A stretch of 64,000 bases of DNA from Takakia lepidozioides (taxonomy: Eukaryota; Plantae; Bryophyta), in NCBI GenBank assembly GCA_030704615.1, contig CM060734.1:21886001-21950000 (forward strand), in the 5' to 3' direction. Positions 13,170-24,144 of this stretch are shown here, piece after piece (the first letter of the stretch is position 1; each line of letters opens with the position of its first letter). The notes beneath the pieces are model-generated. The model had not been told where the DNA came from. It ran no database searches and worked only from the letters and a program-made list of their open reading frames with translations. A program made the position numbers and the translations under genes.

Positions 13170-15270
13170 TTTTGGAGAAAGGGGAGGAAGCCCTGTGAGA
13201 GCTTTATTGTGAATTATTGTGGGAAAAAAAATTAAAACCCCGGTTACACCATAAGGCACAAACACCAATTTCGGTGAAGAGATAACATGACCTCTCCGGG
13301 AGAGAGACTGATCCAAAATCCAATGCAAACTAGCTAACAACCAGAGTAAGGGGTTTCCAGGAGATGACTAAAAGGTTGTATGCGGGGGAATACAAGAAGA
13401 AGGATTTTAAAAACCATGGAACCCCGGGCCTTTGACGAGAGGTGTTGGGGATTTTTCTGAGGACTAGTAGTGACATAAAACCAGAACCGAGCCTGTTTAG
13501 GAGAGGTAATGAGGGAGTCCTGCTGGTAATGAAGCCTAGAGACGGACGAAGAAGGTTTCAGGTGTTTCCAGTTGCCACAGTGGAGTGTTGCTCGATGATC
13601 TCGCCAGCATGGGGGAGGGAGCTCGGCCCAGTAGTAGGTGTCATGCTCAGGGGATAAGCAGATAAGGCCGTGCTTGCCCCAGGTGTTCTGAAACCTAGCA
13701 TGAATGGTTACTGCGCTCCCCGAATTCCGTTCGATATCTGCACAGGTTTTCGACCAAGCTTTTCTTGACTCCACCCCAAGATCGTGGAAAACATTAGAAA
13801 GAAATGAGGAGATGGAAGTTGTTTCCCCTGAGAATGATCTCCTGCAACGGGCTTTCCATAAGTGCCAAAGGGTCGAGCTTCTTAGGGTGTCGCGCACCTC
13901 ACTTCGGTAAACTCCCCTTCAAGTCATAGTTACTCGCTTTGATGCGCGCGCCTAACTCCCAAACTAGCCGCCGGGCCAACTCGGAGCTTCGGCTGCTCAC
14001 AGGGGCATAACGGTCCCCCTCACACTCCACTCAACCCTCGACCTGTTGGGCTCAGTGGAAATTCCCTTTGGTAGATGGCAGTCCGGAACAGCTCCCCACA
14101 CCTTGGTCGCTTTCCAGCTCGCACACTTACTCACTAGTTTTTGGTCACCAACGGGCTTGCACCGTTCTCGGGGTTACTACTCCCTATATATACTTCTGTA
14201 GGTGTCCGCGGGGGTTCCACAAGTAGCCAAGTCCAAATCTGGTGCACCACCACTTAGACCCTCAATCGTCCCAGTGGTGAGCCGCGGTGAGTCTTGGCCC
14301 ACCCACCACGGCCCCAATGGACCGTGGTGAGTCCCAAGACTCCCCACGACTCCCACCACAAGGCCTCAGCCTCATGGTGAGTCCTATGCCACCCCACTAC
14401 GACTCCCTACGCTACCACCACCCCTCGTGGAGCCCCCACCACCGCCATCCGGTTTGCGGGGCTCCACCTAGTGAGCGCCTCCGCCTCCTTGAGTGCCTTC
14501 GGCACTCAAAGGTGCTTCAGCCCCCTTTCCTATTTGCTGCCACTGCCCCCACCACAGGGCCATCCCCTCTTGTGTCTCGACCCCCCGCCCTCAAGGCAAA
14601 GGGCCGCGACATAAGGTCTCAAAAACCGGGCAGTTGACAGCTCTTGTCTTGGATCTCTGATCATAGTTAAGGAGAAGATGTAGAGATAGAAGACATTTGT
14701 TATCCCAGTAGGCATAAGATACCTTGACCAGAGGCCAGACCTTGGCAGGGCCATGACAATGGAGGAGGCAGTGCTCCAACGACTCTATGATATTAGCTGC
14801 ACAACAGATGCAAAAGAGGGCTGAAGCCATTCCCCCACTTTTAGCACCCTGTTAACTATCTGCCATAGGAAAGCTGCTATCTTGGCAAGACGAGATTTGA
14901 TCCATACTGAATTCCAGATGACTGACCAGTTTTCATTGCGAAAGCCATATAGCTCCCATCTGGCTTCTTATCCTTTAGGCATTGGAAGTTAGAGAGAGCT
15001 CTGTAACCCTTCCTGATGGAGTAGCTAAAGAACGGCTCAGGCGAACTCTTGAATTCCAGGACCACTCCATTGGGTCAAGTTCCAGCTCAGCCAACGGACG
15101 TCCCAATATCCAGACAAAGGTATGTCCTGAAAGCCATTGTTCCAAAGGAGATAAGAGGTCGGGTTGGGGATCAAAAGGCCTGCCGGTGATAATCCACCCA
15201 CAGATCCTTACTAGTGTTATGGGAGTGGCCGGGATATGGAGGGGTGAAGTGGATGTGAGAGTGAGGGCCA
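13170..15270 (-). mobile_element. LINE 3' fragment (zf-RVT and C-terminus) interrupted by a solo LTR
   Basis: CICCAANIIESLEHCLLHC and CPVFETL|RSSTLWHLWKARCRRSF join up once 13888-14611 and one TSD copy are removed. Confidence 0.8.
13888..14611. mobile_element. Solo LTR (724 bp) of the gypsy family seen at 38891
   Basis: Ends are TGTCGCG...CGCGACA, flanked by TAGGG/TAAGG (5-bp TSD, one mismatch). The first ~130 bp are nearly identical to 38891-39020. Confidence 0.9.
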
Positions 15271-15323
15271 AGGACTACTCATTTAATGATTATGAATATA
15301 TATAATATAATATAATACCAAAA

Positions 15324-15357
<34 letters not shown>

Positions 15358-15599
15358 AGTATATAAAGCTAAAAATACCTTCACATAATAACATGGAATA
15401 TATAATCATTTTATATATTGTTAGGGAGCAAAACGTTCAAAAATTCAAAAGGTTGGCTCGAATTTAGGGTTGCTAGCTCGCAGAGTGCAGGGCTGGGACT
15501 TAGTGTTTTTTGGGGTCTGCATCTTCTTAGTGCCAAAGCATTGTGATAGCAGGCCATGTTTCAATCTCTACCTGCTCGAATGCACCGTGGCCGCTCTCA

Positions 15600-15700
15600 C
15601 AGACTTATCCGACATTACCTGACTATAGACACAAACATCACACACAAGAGGTCATCTTGGGTTCATGGTCAGTCGAATCCTCCATGGGTCAAGACATAAG
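15600..15700 (+). pseudogene. OSB-type PDF-motif relic
   Basis: YPTLPDYRHKHHTQE followed by frameshifted WVHGQSNPPWVK resembles the PDF motif (PDFKHK...LW...PWV). Confidence 0.45.
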
Positions 15701-15944
15701 GTCGAGGACAATGTGGTGAGGGCACCTTCTTCTTCAACCTATTTCAGCCTGTTTTGCGCTCTCATCAAACTCAGCCCTGAAGTTGCAGCATGGAGCAGAG
15801 CTGACATGAGTTTTTTAAAGATCCTTCACGATGGTGGGACAACTGCAACCGCGCGCACATGGAATTGTGTGAACAGCCTCTACCTTGTGAAAGGGGTTTC
15901 CCTGGTCAGCTGGTATGTCGTCTCCCTTCTGCTTGTGCTTTGAT

Positions 15945-17712
15945 CATGAGTTTCAATTTTCTCTGCAACTCCACTCTAGTAGAATGTGTTATGATCGACA
16001 CCGATCATCACCGATTCATGATTTTTTGGTGTCTGAGTTCTGAATAGCCGATGTACACACTTCCACTATAGATTGTGTTTACCACACTAACCTGCTATCT
16101 TTGGCAGACGAGGATGTTCGAGGCGATCTGCCTGCGGAGGATTCGCACCTCAAAGACACCATCCTCCATCCGCAGCTTTGAGATTTCTGACCAGGGTTGT
16201 TTCGTCAACCCCCCCTATGAGCCCCATGTCGATGACATTTTGTACAACTTCATGCAGTCCAGTCAGACTCTGAAGAGACCAGATGGCACTCCCTGGAGAG
16301 GTGCAAAGGAAAAGTCACCAGCGGTCATGCAAATACTGCTGGAGTCATGCAGCCACCGCTCTGCACGGGTGGTCGATCTTTCTGTGTCCACAGGTTCGTT
16401 TTTTCCCTTCCGAATTGGTTTCCTTTCAACAGTTTCATCTGCTTAAATCCCCCCCTCCAAACTGTTCATGTTCTCCTGTCTGGTGCAGGAGCAACTTACC
16501 ATGCATGCAAGGCAGGCGGAAGAAGCATTTTTGGCATGGAGGGTGATTCTGACCTCTACAACACAGTGCTTCTCCCCCTTTTGTCTGGCTCCACTTCAGG
16601 CACACAGACTGATCGGATTCAAATTCGAAATGATGACGATCCCGAAGATAAGCAGGTCGACAACGACTTTTCATGTGAGTAAGTATTAAACCCTCTTTGG
16701 GAGTCATACTCAATTTCTCGATAACATCAAAGTTACAGTAATAACTTTTTCAGGCTGTCTTTCAGGAAAGGCAGCGGTGGATCTTCAGGAGATACAGTCA
16801 TTTCTGGCGAGTCTGTTTTCGACAGCCCCCTTTCCAATTTTCTGCTTCCTGTTTATGCCGAAGCAATGGCACTTCACGCGGCCGAGTCCCTATCCCCTGA
16901 CTTTTTAGTGGCCAGCCGTAGGTGTATCCAGCGTGGATCCGGTGTTCTAAAATACTTAGACTTAGATGCAGAGGAAGCGGGGATACATTGTACTGACTCT
17001 GAGTCAGACTGAACTGTATTCTTTTAATATTCATTTTCATATTATCTGGAAAACGTTGAATCCCCTTCCTCCACCGTAGTTGTTCCTTTAGAACAAATAA
17101 TAATCACAGAATCAACTTTCGTTTAAATTGTAATATGTATGAATCCATCTCACAAACCTCCCTGACTCTTCTCATATCCTTTGTGCATTCATCTACACTG
17201 TATTCATGCGTGCTCCATTCATGAATTTTTTCCTTTGTACAACATCCATTGTACATTCATCCTCTGTACTCTTTAATCCACCCCACAAACCTTCCACACT
17301 CATTTCATATACGTTGTGCATTCGTCAAAAGATTTGGTCATGCATCTTCCTGTCATGAATTTTTGTCATTGCTCAACATCCATTATCCTTTCCTCCTTTT
17401 AACCTCTTATCCATCCCTCATTCATCCCATCTACATTCATTTTTCATTTCACACCATCCATCTGTTTATCATCCACTGTACATTCAAGCCTCCTTGATCA
17501 TGGCCTTTTATTTTTATTATGGTCGTCCAGCTTGTTTACGCGGTAAAAGGGTGCCAATCCGCGGGAATACACTCCACTTCTTTCTGGGCGCGTGGTGACG
17601 CGCCTTCACGTGTGATGACGTGGAGTGAGCCCCGTGACGTGGCATTTGCGCAAGGTGACGTGGCGTGAGCGCAGTTGCGCTCACGTGACCAGCTCACGCC
17701 GAGGCATCCCTG
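15945..17712. mobile_element. Inverted left arm of the MULE-like transposon (methyltransferase 3' exons, subterminal repeats, terminus); left boundary approximate
   Basis: Carries the C-terminal MTase half, a 24-bp palindrome copy (15988-16011) and a terminus at 17692-17712 matching 28262-28282. Confidence 0.8.
16108..16682 (+). pseudogene. C-terminal half of a beta-class N6/N4 DNA methyltransferase-like domain (exons 16108-16393 and 16489-16682)
   Basis: Spliced across a GT-AG intron it reads WRGAKEKSPAVMQILLESCSHRSARVVDLSVSTG/ATYHACKAGGRSIFGMEGD. This aligns by eye with motifs X-I-II (QKP..L...I...S..GD.VLDPFxGSGTT..AA...GR..IGIE). Confidence 0.8.
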
Positions 17713-17722
17713 GTTTACTTAA
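17590..17722. repeat. Left MULE terminus: subterminal TGACGTGG/GCTCACG repeats, TIR 17692-17712 and TSD copy 17713-17722
   Basis: GCTCACGCCgagGCATCccTG versus GCTCACGCCattGCATCgtTG at 28262. The flank GTTTACTTAA is the reverse complement of TTAAGTAAAC (28283-28292). Confidence 0.8.
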
Positions 17723-17780
17723 CAATGTCCCAATACACTTAAGATGAAAACCACTCTCTCTATGTCACGGTTGATTGTAG

Positions 17781-17842
17781 AGTTACTGTCATTTTACAAG
17801 TTTTCTGGTGACGACATCCCCATAGTGAGAGGATCTGCCCTA
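17781..17842 (+). pseudogene. EF-Tu exon fragment, continuation of the minus-strand EF-Tu at 28598-29308
   Basis: tgtag|AG TTA CTG... encodes (E)LLSFYKFSGDDIPIVRGSAL. Its splice phase matches the donor at 28598 (…ELR G|gt). Confidence 0.9.
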
Positions 17843-18500
17843 CCAGCAACATGGGTAGATGGTCAACTGGATGCCGTAGCAGCAGCGCGGCTTAACTAAT
17901 AAAATCAGGCACTAGTAATCAAGGCACCTTCTTCAACTCATTTCACCCTGTTTTCCCTCTTATCAGAATCGGCCCTAAATTTCCATGTTGAATTCTGCAA
18001 GTTAGCTGGGAGTGAATGTAGTTTTGGAGTGACTTTTGACATGATACTACTGCCATTGTGACAACAGGAAAGTATCCAAAAATACGTAACAAAGATGAGG
18101 AGAAGCTGTGGAATGAATACTTTTCTGACCCCAGTCAATGGTGGGACACCAAGGCAAAAAGGTGAATGCCTGTTAGATTACAGGAGAGTAGCAGACGCAA
18201 TTCAGTAAGAACTAGTGTAGAAAGCTGAAAAAAAAGTTGGGTGTTTCCTAGAATAAATCTAGGCTGTCATTATCAGCTGCAAGGCAAGGATGTATGCATG
18301 ATTTGTGCAGAGGCATGGATAGCTGAAGGAGCAGGGATCGAGTGTGGGTCCAGATTCATCCAAGAGGGCTGGACTTCAATCAAGCTCCAGATTCCTTGAT
18401 TCCAGGTGGATCAGTAGCTACAAGAAACCTGCATGGGTAGATAGTCAACTAAAGGCAGCAGCTGCAGCGGCACAGTTGATAAAATCAGGCACCTCAACCA
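17843..18500 (+). pseudogene. OSB-type PDF-motif gene fragments fused to the EF-Tu exon
   Basis: PATWVDGQL (~17845), LWNEYFSDPSQWWDTKAK (~18105-18160) and WISSYKKPAWVDSQL (~18405-18450). Confidence 0.6.
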
Positions 18501-19823
18501 TGACCACAACTTATGAAATTAGAGGATCAAGAGAGGGAGTCCACAATGCCCTTTTGGCACCTCTGGGCCGAGAACCACAATTTGCAGGATGGACAAATTT
18601 CTTGAACATTTACATTAAGAAAAAGCCAAACTTCAAACCCTGAAGACTTGAGGTATGATGCCAATGCCCGACGACTATCATTGTCACATGACTGAAAAAG
18701 CAGAAGTGTCCCTGCATCAGAGAGGAAGTTGTTACAGAACCCGAACACCCAACTCCAGTAGTTGTCCTCGAATTTGTTCCACGCCTGTGTCTTGCCCTTT
18801 GGAAGAACTTCTGGCACAGCTTGGCCATCCGGGATGTCGAGAATGATAATGTCGGCCGCATAAGTTTTCTGCACACCGCACACGAAGGTGGGACCTGTGC
18901 TCACCTGCAACAGACATGTTTTTTATAAGAACGATGGCAAGATTGTTTTCAAAAGAACGACGAAAATACTGCAACGAAACTTTCAGAGAAAAGGAAAGAA
19001 ACTGGAATTCTCACCAGATTTGAGGAATGAGATTATATTTTCCCAGGTAGGGGATGGCACCCAGTGTATCCTCTCTTTCGACTCTGCATCATCGAAAGCC
19101 AACCCTCCTCATTAACAATTTTCATCTCTCCTCTGCTGAATCAGAACGGGAAGGGTGTGGCTTGGCATCGAACACGCACTGAAGAGTGCGGGTATATCTT
19201 CCAGCAGTAAAGTCCTGCCCACTCTCCATCTCCTTTTCATTCTCCTTCCCCTTGTCCTTTTCCTTCTCTTTGGACTTGTCTTTGTCCTTTGGCTTTGCTG
19301 GTGAGATGGCTATGACATCAACAGCCTTGTCTTTTGGTTTGGTTTGCGGCCCGCCTTCTTTCCCTTCTGCGGCGCGGCGTTCCCTGAGCATCAGGCTCCT
19401 TGGCAGCCAATGTTGCTATGTTTCGTTGATACTCTTCGTCAGTCAAAGGCGCCAGCATCTCAGCGTTATTGTTCAAGTATTTTCATATGCTGTTCTTGAA
19501 AGGTCGTGTGCTCAGGTGGGCAGTCAAGGTACCACCCACAGTCTCTGAAGTGAGAAGGACTCCAGTCCTTCAATATCCCTGCAGTATACATGGTTGGATC
19601 GTTTGCAGGGTCCGACCACATGTCAAGATAGTCGGGAATTCCGCTCAGGTGATTTCCTTCCATAAGCACATATTTCGTGTACCTGAAAAAAGGAGATAAA
19701 TCCCAACCCACAAAAGCGCTCAGTGAGTAAGATGCAAGTAGAACAGAATGAAAAAAACATAGATTGAAATGGCTCTGAGAACTGCTCCAAGGTCCTTTCA
19801 GGACCACACTACTGCTCCAGATA

Positions 19824-20552
19824 TGAATGTCGTCAACGCCATTCAGAACATTCCATTCAATGATACTGTAAATACACCCTAATCCAGGTGAATGCAAATT
19901 ATCGTTTAGGAATGACACAGACATAGAAGTGAATGTCGTCAACGACATTCACTAATGAAGCCAAGTTATTACTTAAATGAAGCAAAATCACAGGATGGAA
20001 ATCAAAAAATCGAGTAAGGAACCCTCCAGGAAAACTCAATGCACATTCATAACGAACATATCACTACTGAGGACCTCACAACATCACTGTATGTGAATGG
20101 CGTCAACGTCATTCACAAAAATACCAAAAAGAAACCAATTACTTAGCATCCAATCCATGTAAATTCAATTTGTCGCTGTTGAATAATACAGACACACAGC
20201 AGTGAATGTCGTCAACGACATTCACTTTGGATTTCTCATAACAGAGCTTATCAAGCCTCCATATTCCTCGCAAGAGGCAAAAACAATGCAGAACAACTGA
20301 ATGTCTGCATTGACATTCAGCAAAATGAAGTGAGGAACCCTCACTGTAACCTCTATGGACATTACAAAAATTACATAACTCTGAGGACCTCTCAACAACT
20401 CCGTATGTGAATGTCGTCAATGCCATTCAAGGACATTATCAATTCTAATCAGGGACAATATAATTGCACCCTTAGATCCTAACCAGGTGAATTCATATAC
20501 CTCGCTTAAGAATGACTCAGACAAAGAAGTGAATGTCGTCAACGACATTCAA
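19824..20552. repeat. Intronic array of six 24-bp palindromes, GTGAATGTCGT-CA-ACGACATTCAC
   Basis: Copies at 19824, 19929, 20093, 20202, 20407 and 20529. The spacers are partly homologous (three A-B dimers). Confidence 0.95.
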
Positions 20553-22425
20553 TCTGGATCTAAGATTGCAATCCATATGAAGCCACATTTTTTTCCCAAA
20601 AAAAACAGTAGAGTTTCAAGTATGACATTGCACCTGTACACAACTCGCATCATGGCCCACTCTCCTCCAACCTGACTGTCAAAGTCGTTGGACCGTAAAA
20701 TGTTACCATCTTTGGAGAACTCCCGGAAAAAACAGTATCTCCAGGTGAGACCTCTCCACTTCCTTATGTATGCCTCCAATGACATTTGGGGAGGGGAAAC
20801 AATCGAAATGTTCAGGTCCTTCAAAGTCTGATCCAGCACAATGACGGCGTGCTTTTCGAGCTGCAAATAGTATATTTGTCAGAATTGCAAATAAGATACT
20901 CATCACATACTTGAAGAGAAGAAAACAGCATGTTTGAATACACACCTGACTCCAAAATGTAGCCTTGTGGAGCCAGTTATCAAACACCAAATCACTGATT
21001 CCTTCCACCTTTGTGCCAGGCTGTATGGTGCTCTTTGGGAACTGATTCAAGTCCTTTACTGTTTGATCTGAGTTCCATATCTCCAGCCACCTTATTTTTG
21101 TTTGTGGGTCGACCATCGATATGGCCAGCCGGTGCAGTTTCTCCTGCTGCATCTCCGGATGCACATGCTTGTCATAGTGTGTTTTGATCTGCTGAAGGAA
21201 CTCAGGACCAAGTCCAGGATCTACTATTCTAAGCTGCTTTCCGAAGGCGGACATCAATTTGGTTCTTCGCATTTCAAACTCCTTCTTTATTGCAGCTTCC
21301 ACACCCTTTGATGTCCTTAGTTCTTCTGGTGTAGTGCGGTAATATTCGGATTTTCCCTTCTCAACTGCCTCTGTCAGTTCTTGCTGCATTGATTCAAGTA
21401 GTGATTAGCTCCGAAGGGACTACAAACATGTATTCGAAAAGTAAACAGAGTACAGACTCGGGCTTACCGCATATATGTACTCCAGAAACGCCTCTCGTGT
21501 CAAAGAATACCAAGTGCCTGCAGCTCTTCCTGTTTCGCACTTCTTGATGATATTGGGTGGTAGTACTATCCGAAAATCATCTAGCTTCATCAGACCAATC
21601 CTCTGAATTTGGAATAGTGTGTGAACCAAGCTTGTTGTCACATGCGATTTCTCTGTCAATCTGCAAAAACATTGGAAACATTGCATTCATTAACACTGTT
21701 TTTTGAGGATTAATAAGACACTACAGATGGAATGAAATCTCCTGGATGACTTACTTGTTCACGTCGTGCATAGCTGTAAGAAGCCTAGCGATGTCGTTTC
21801 CAGGATCCAAAACCATTGCCTCCACAGCAACATGCTTGTCTTTGTCTTTCGAATGGTGTTTCTGAATGTATCCCATCCATGCCAGCAATGGGTGGTTGCC
21901 GTCCCAGACGTAGAACATGTGGTTGCAGAATTGCTGGGTGTTCTTTTCCCATCATGAGGCCCAGCTCGAACTCCTCATTGGCATCTTTCCAGCACTCATC
22001 CCAGTTATCACTGATCTCTGGAGACACTAATGTGCTTTTCCCATTTATATCCGTCAGTGACACATAAAAACTTGTGCACCAAGTCTATATCCATGCACAA
22101 AATCACTCTCCAATTTTGTTATGTCATGGGAAAGAGGTGGACGCACAACAGGCATTGATATCATCCGGCACAGAGGTATGTCCAGACGCCCTCCAGATAC
22201 GAGCATGTCCCTTATAACTTCCTGAGAGTTTACCTTCTGGAATGACATGAGTTCTTTCACCTCGTCAAGGTAGTGCACTTCGGATTCATCTGCTTCATCT
22301 GTATTCTCTGAGCTTTTTGCGGACTCGTCCCCATCTCCAGATCCTTTCCCCTCTGATCCTGTAGGCTTCGACCTCACAGTTTTCTGCACGATGCCATTCA
22401 GTTCTGACTGAGTGATTTGCAAATA

Positions 22426-22928
22426 GTGAATGGCGGTAACGACCATCACTCTGTCTCAAGGAAACTCAACATGAATGGTGTGAAAGAATTCAGCACAATC
22501 TACACAAGCAAAGCTGAGACTGCCGTATTCAAAACAAAAACGAGAGCGATAGCGAACGGCGTTAACGACAATCACAAAAGATAACGACCTGCCGGATCGG
22601 TGTTGTGTAATGACATACATGTGCAACTGATTGGCGGCAACGACATTCAGTGTAGTTTAGGGCGGATAGTAAGTGCAGACTCTCTCTTCAAACACATAGG
22701 TGCATAAATCTCATGAGGAGAATCGAATGGCGTTAACGACGCTTGCAATTCAGTAGTTCCTGCTAAAGAAGGGAAGAGGAAGGACTCCTTGAAAGGCAAT
22801 CAGACAGACTGTATGATCTGAACACCAGTGAATGACTGTACCGATAGTCACCAACTCATTGTGTTGTAAACCCTTCGCAGAGAAGTAGAAAGCAAATCAC
22901 ATTTGTGATGGTCGGTAGCGACAATCCC
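22426..22928. repeat. Second, more degenerate intronic array of the same 24-bp palindrome family
   Basis: Copies at 22426, 22552, 22627, 22723, 22828 and 22905, e.g. GTGAATGGCGGTAACGACCATCAC and CTGATTGGCGGCAACGACATTCAG. Confidence 0.8.
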
Positions 22929-24144
22929 TGTCTGGGACATTCCACTCAATCTCTACGCATATCTTCAACAATGAAATGTAAGTTAGATAAAACTTACTGG
23001 CACCTTCTTAGGTTTTGAAATTTGATCCCCTTCTGCAGCTTTCCTCTTCCCTCTCACATCTGCTGGAATTTCTGTCTGCGCTAGGGTTTCTTGACCTTCT
23101 CCCGGTCCGGCGTTCCGCGTGCTTCCACCTCCTTCAGTGTCCCTGCGAATCATCTCTGTCTCCACAGGCTGGCGCACTCTTATCGCCGACTGTGTCACAG
23201 CCGCTGCCTCAGTCTCCGTCTGCTCTTGTGAATCAGTCTCCGCGTTCACCTGCTGCCTTGGCCCTGTGTTCTCCAACAAACGACGCCTCGTCATTTTCTC
23301 TCTTGCTCTGCGTCTCTCTCTAAGGGAAGTAAAATAAAGAGACTTTCTTCTCTTTCGTATTCTAGAAGGAACCCTCTCCAGCTTGACTACCACTCTCCCT
23401 CTAAGCGCGAAAAGTAGAAAAATGCAGTGACTCCCGATTTCTTGCGGGATTGCCTGCGTTCTTGCGTGTCTCTAGAAGCATCAGATTCCCTCCCGCGTGA
23501 CCGTTACACATAGTCGTTCCGTTATTAGTGCACATGCCAGCAATTGGTGTACAGCTGTTCGTATTCAGTTATGGATGTCTGAAGTGTGTCGCCCAAAAAA
23601 AACGGCGTGTTCTTTATTAGAACGGTTTCAATATTTAAAAATAACAGCGAATCCCAGAAATTTTGGCGCAGTCTTACACAAATAAATGTAAATGAACGAG
23701 AGATTGATGACAAATTGGAATATCATACACGGTCATCTTGTTAGCCAAACCCCACATTCGTTTCACATTTGGAACTTTCCAGGTGCGCATGATCATTGGT
23801 AGTAGTATATAGATACATTTACTTAATCTGCAATCCCATTCTCAGATCCTGTGGCATGCTTCCAGGAAGTCGGCTTTGTTTTTGGGTTTATTGATGAGGT
23901 TCTGGTTAACGGTTTTACAGCTGCCGACACTGCACCTAGGGATACTCTGACCATTGGGCCCACAAGAAAAGTAATTAAAATGGACGGCTGCATATCTGGA
24001 AAGAATAACATAATATGCACAGTCGTTATCTGAGCTTCCTCCGCCATATTCTCTGCTCATTCTTCAGCTGTGTTCTGGAACATCAGTAAACCGATTTACA
24101 CTAGATCTGCGATAGCAACGTACAAACGTACGCGAGGAAGGAAG

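Larger units (their letters stand above)
18527..23294 (-). pseudogene. Multi-exon ParB/Srx-like domain plus N-terminal half of a beta-class amino-DNA-methyltransferase; frameshifted
   Basis: ATG at 23294. Approximate exons: 23294-22998, 22407-21755, 21660-21468, 21419-20947, 20860-20673, 19681-19013, 18904-~18600. ParB-like segments are VVRPPLSHDITKLESDFVHGY and MFYVWDGNH(P)LLAW (~21920-21875). MTase segments are ADIIILDIPDG (motif IV position) and NNFLSDAGTLLLF (motif VI-like). Confidence 0.75.

Noticed and set aside
15940-18530. GATC at both candidate inversion breakpoints as proof of a restriction/Hi-C artefact or an exact junction
   Set aside because: A 4-6 bp match is expected by chance within the breakpoint uncertainty, so it is kept only as a candidate.
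19824-20552. CRISPR array interpretation of the spaced 24-bp palindromes
   Set aside because: Spacers are long, unequal (~80-180 bp) and partly homologous to each other. The array lies in a spliceosomal intron and there are no cas genes.
15945-23294. Bacterial or phage contamination as the source of the ParB-MTase gene
   Set aside because: The gene has multiple GT-AG introns and sits inside a eukaryotic MULE inserted in a plant gene intron.
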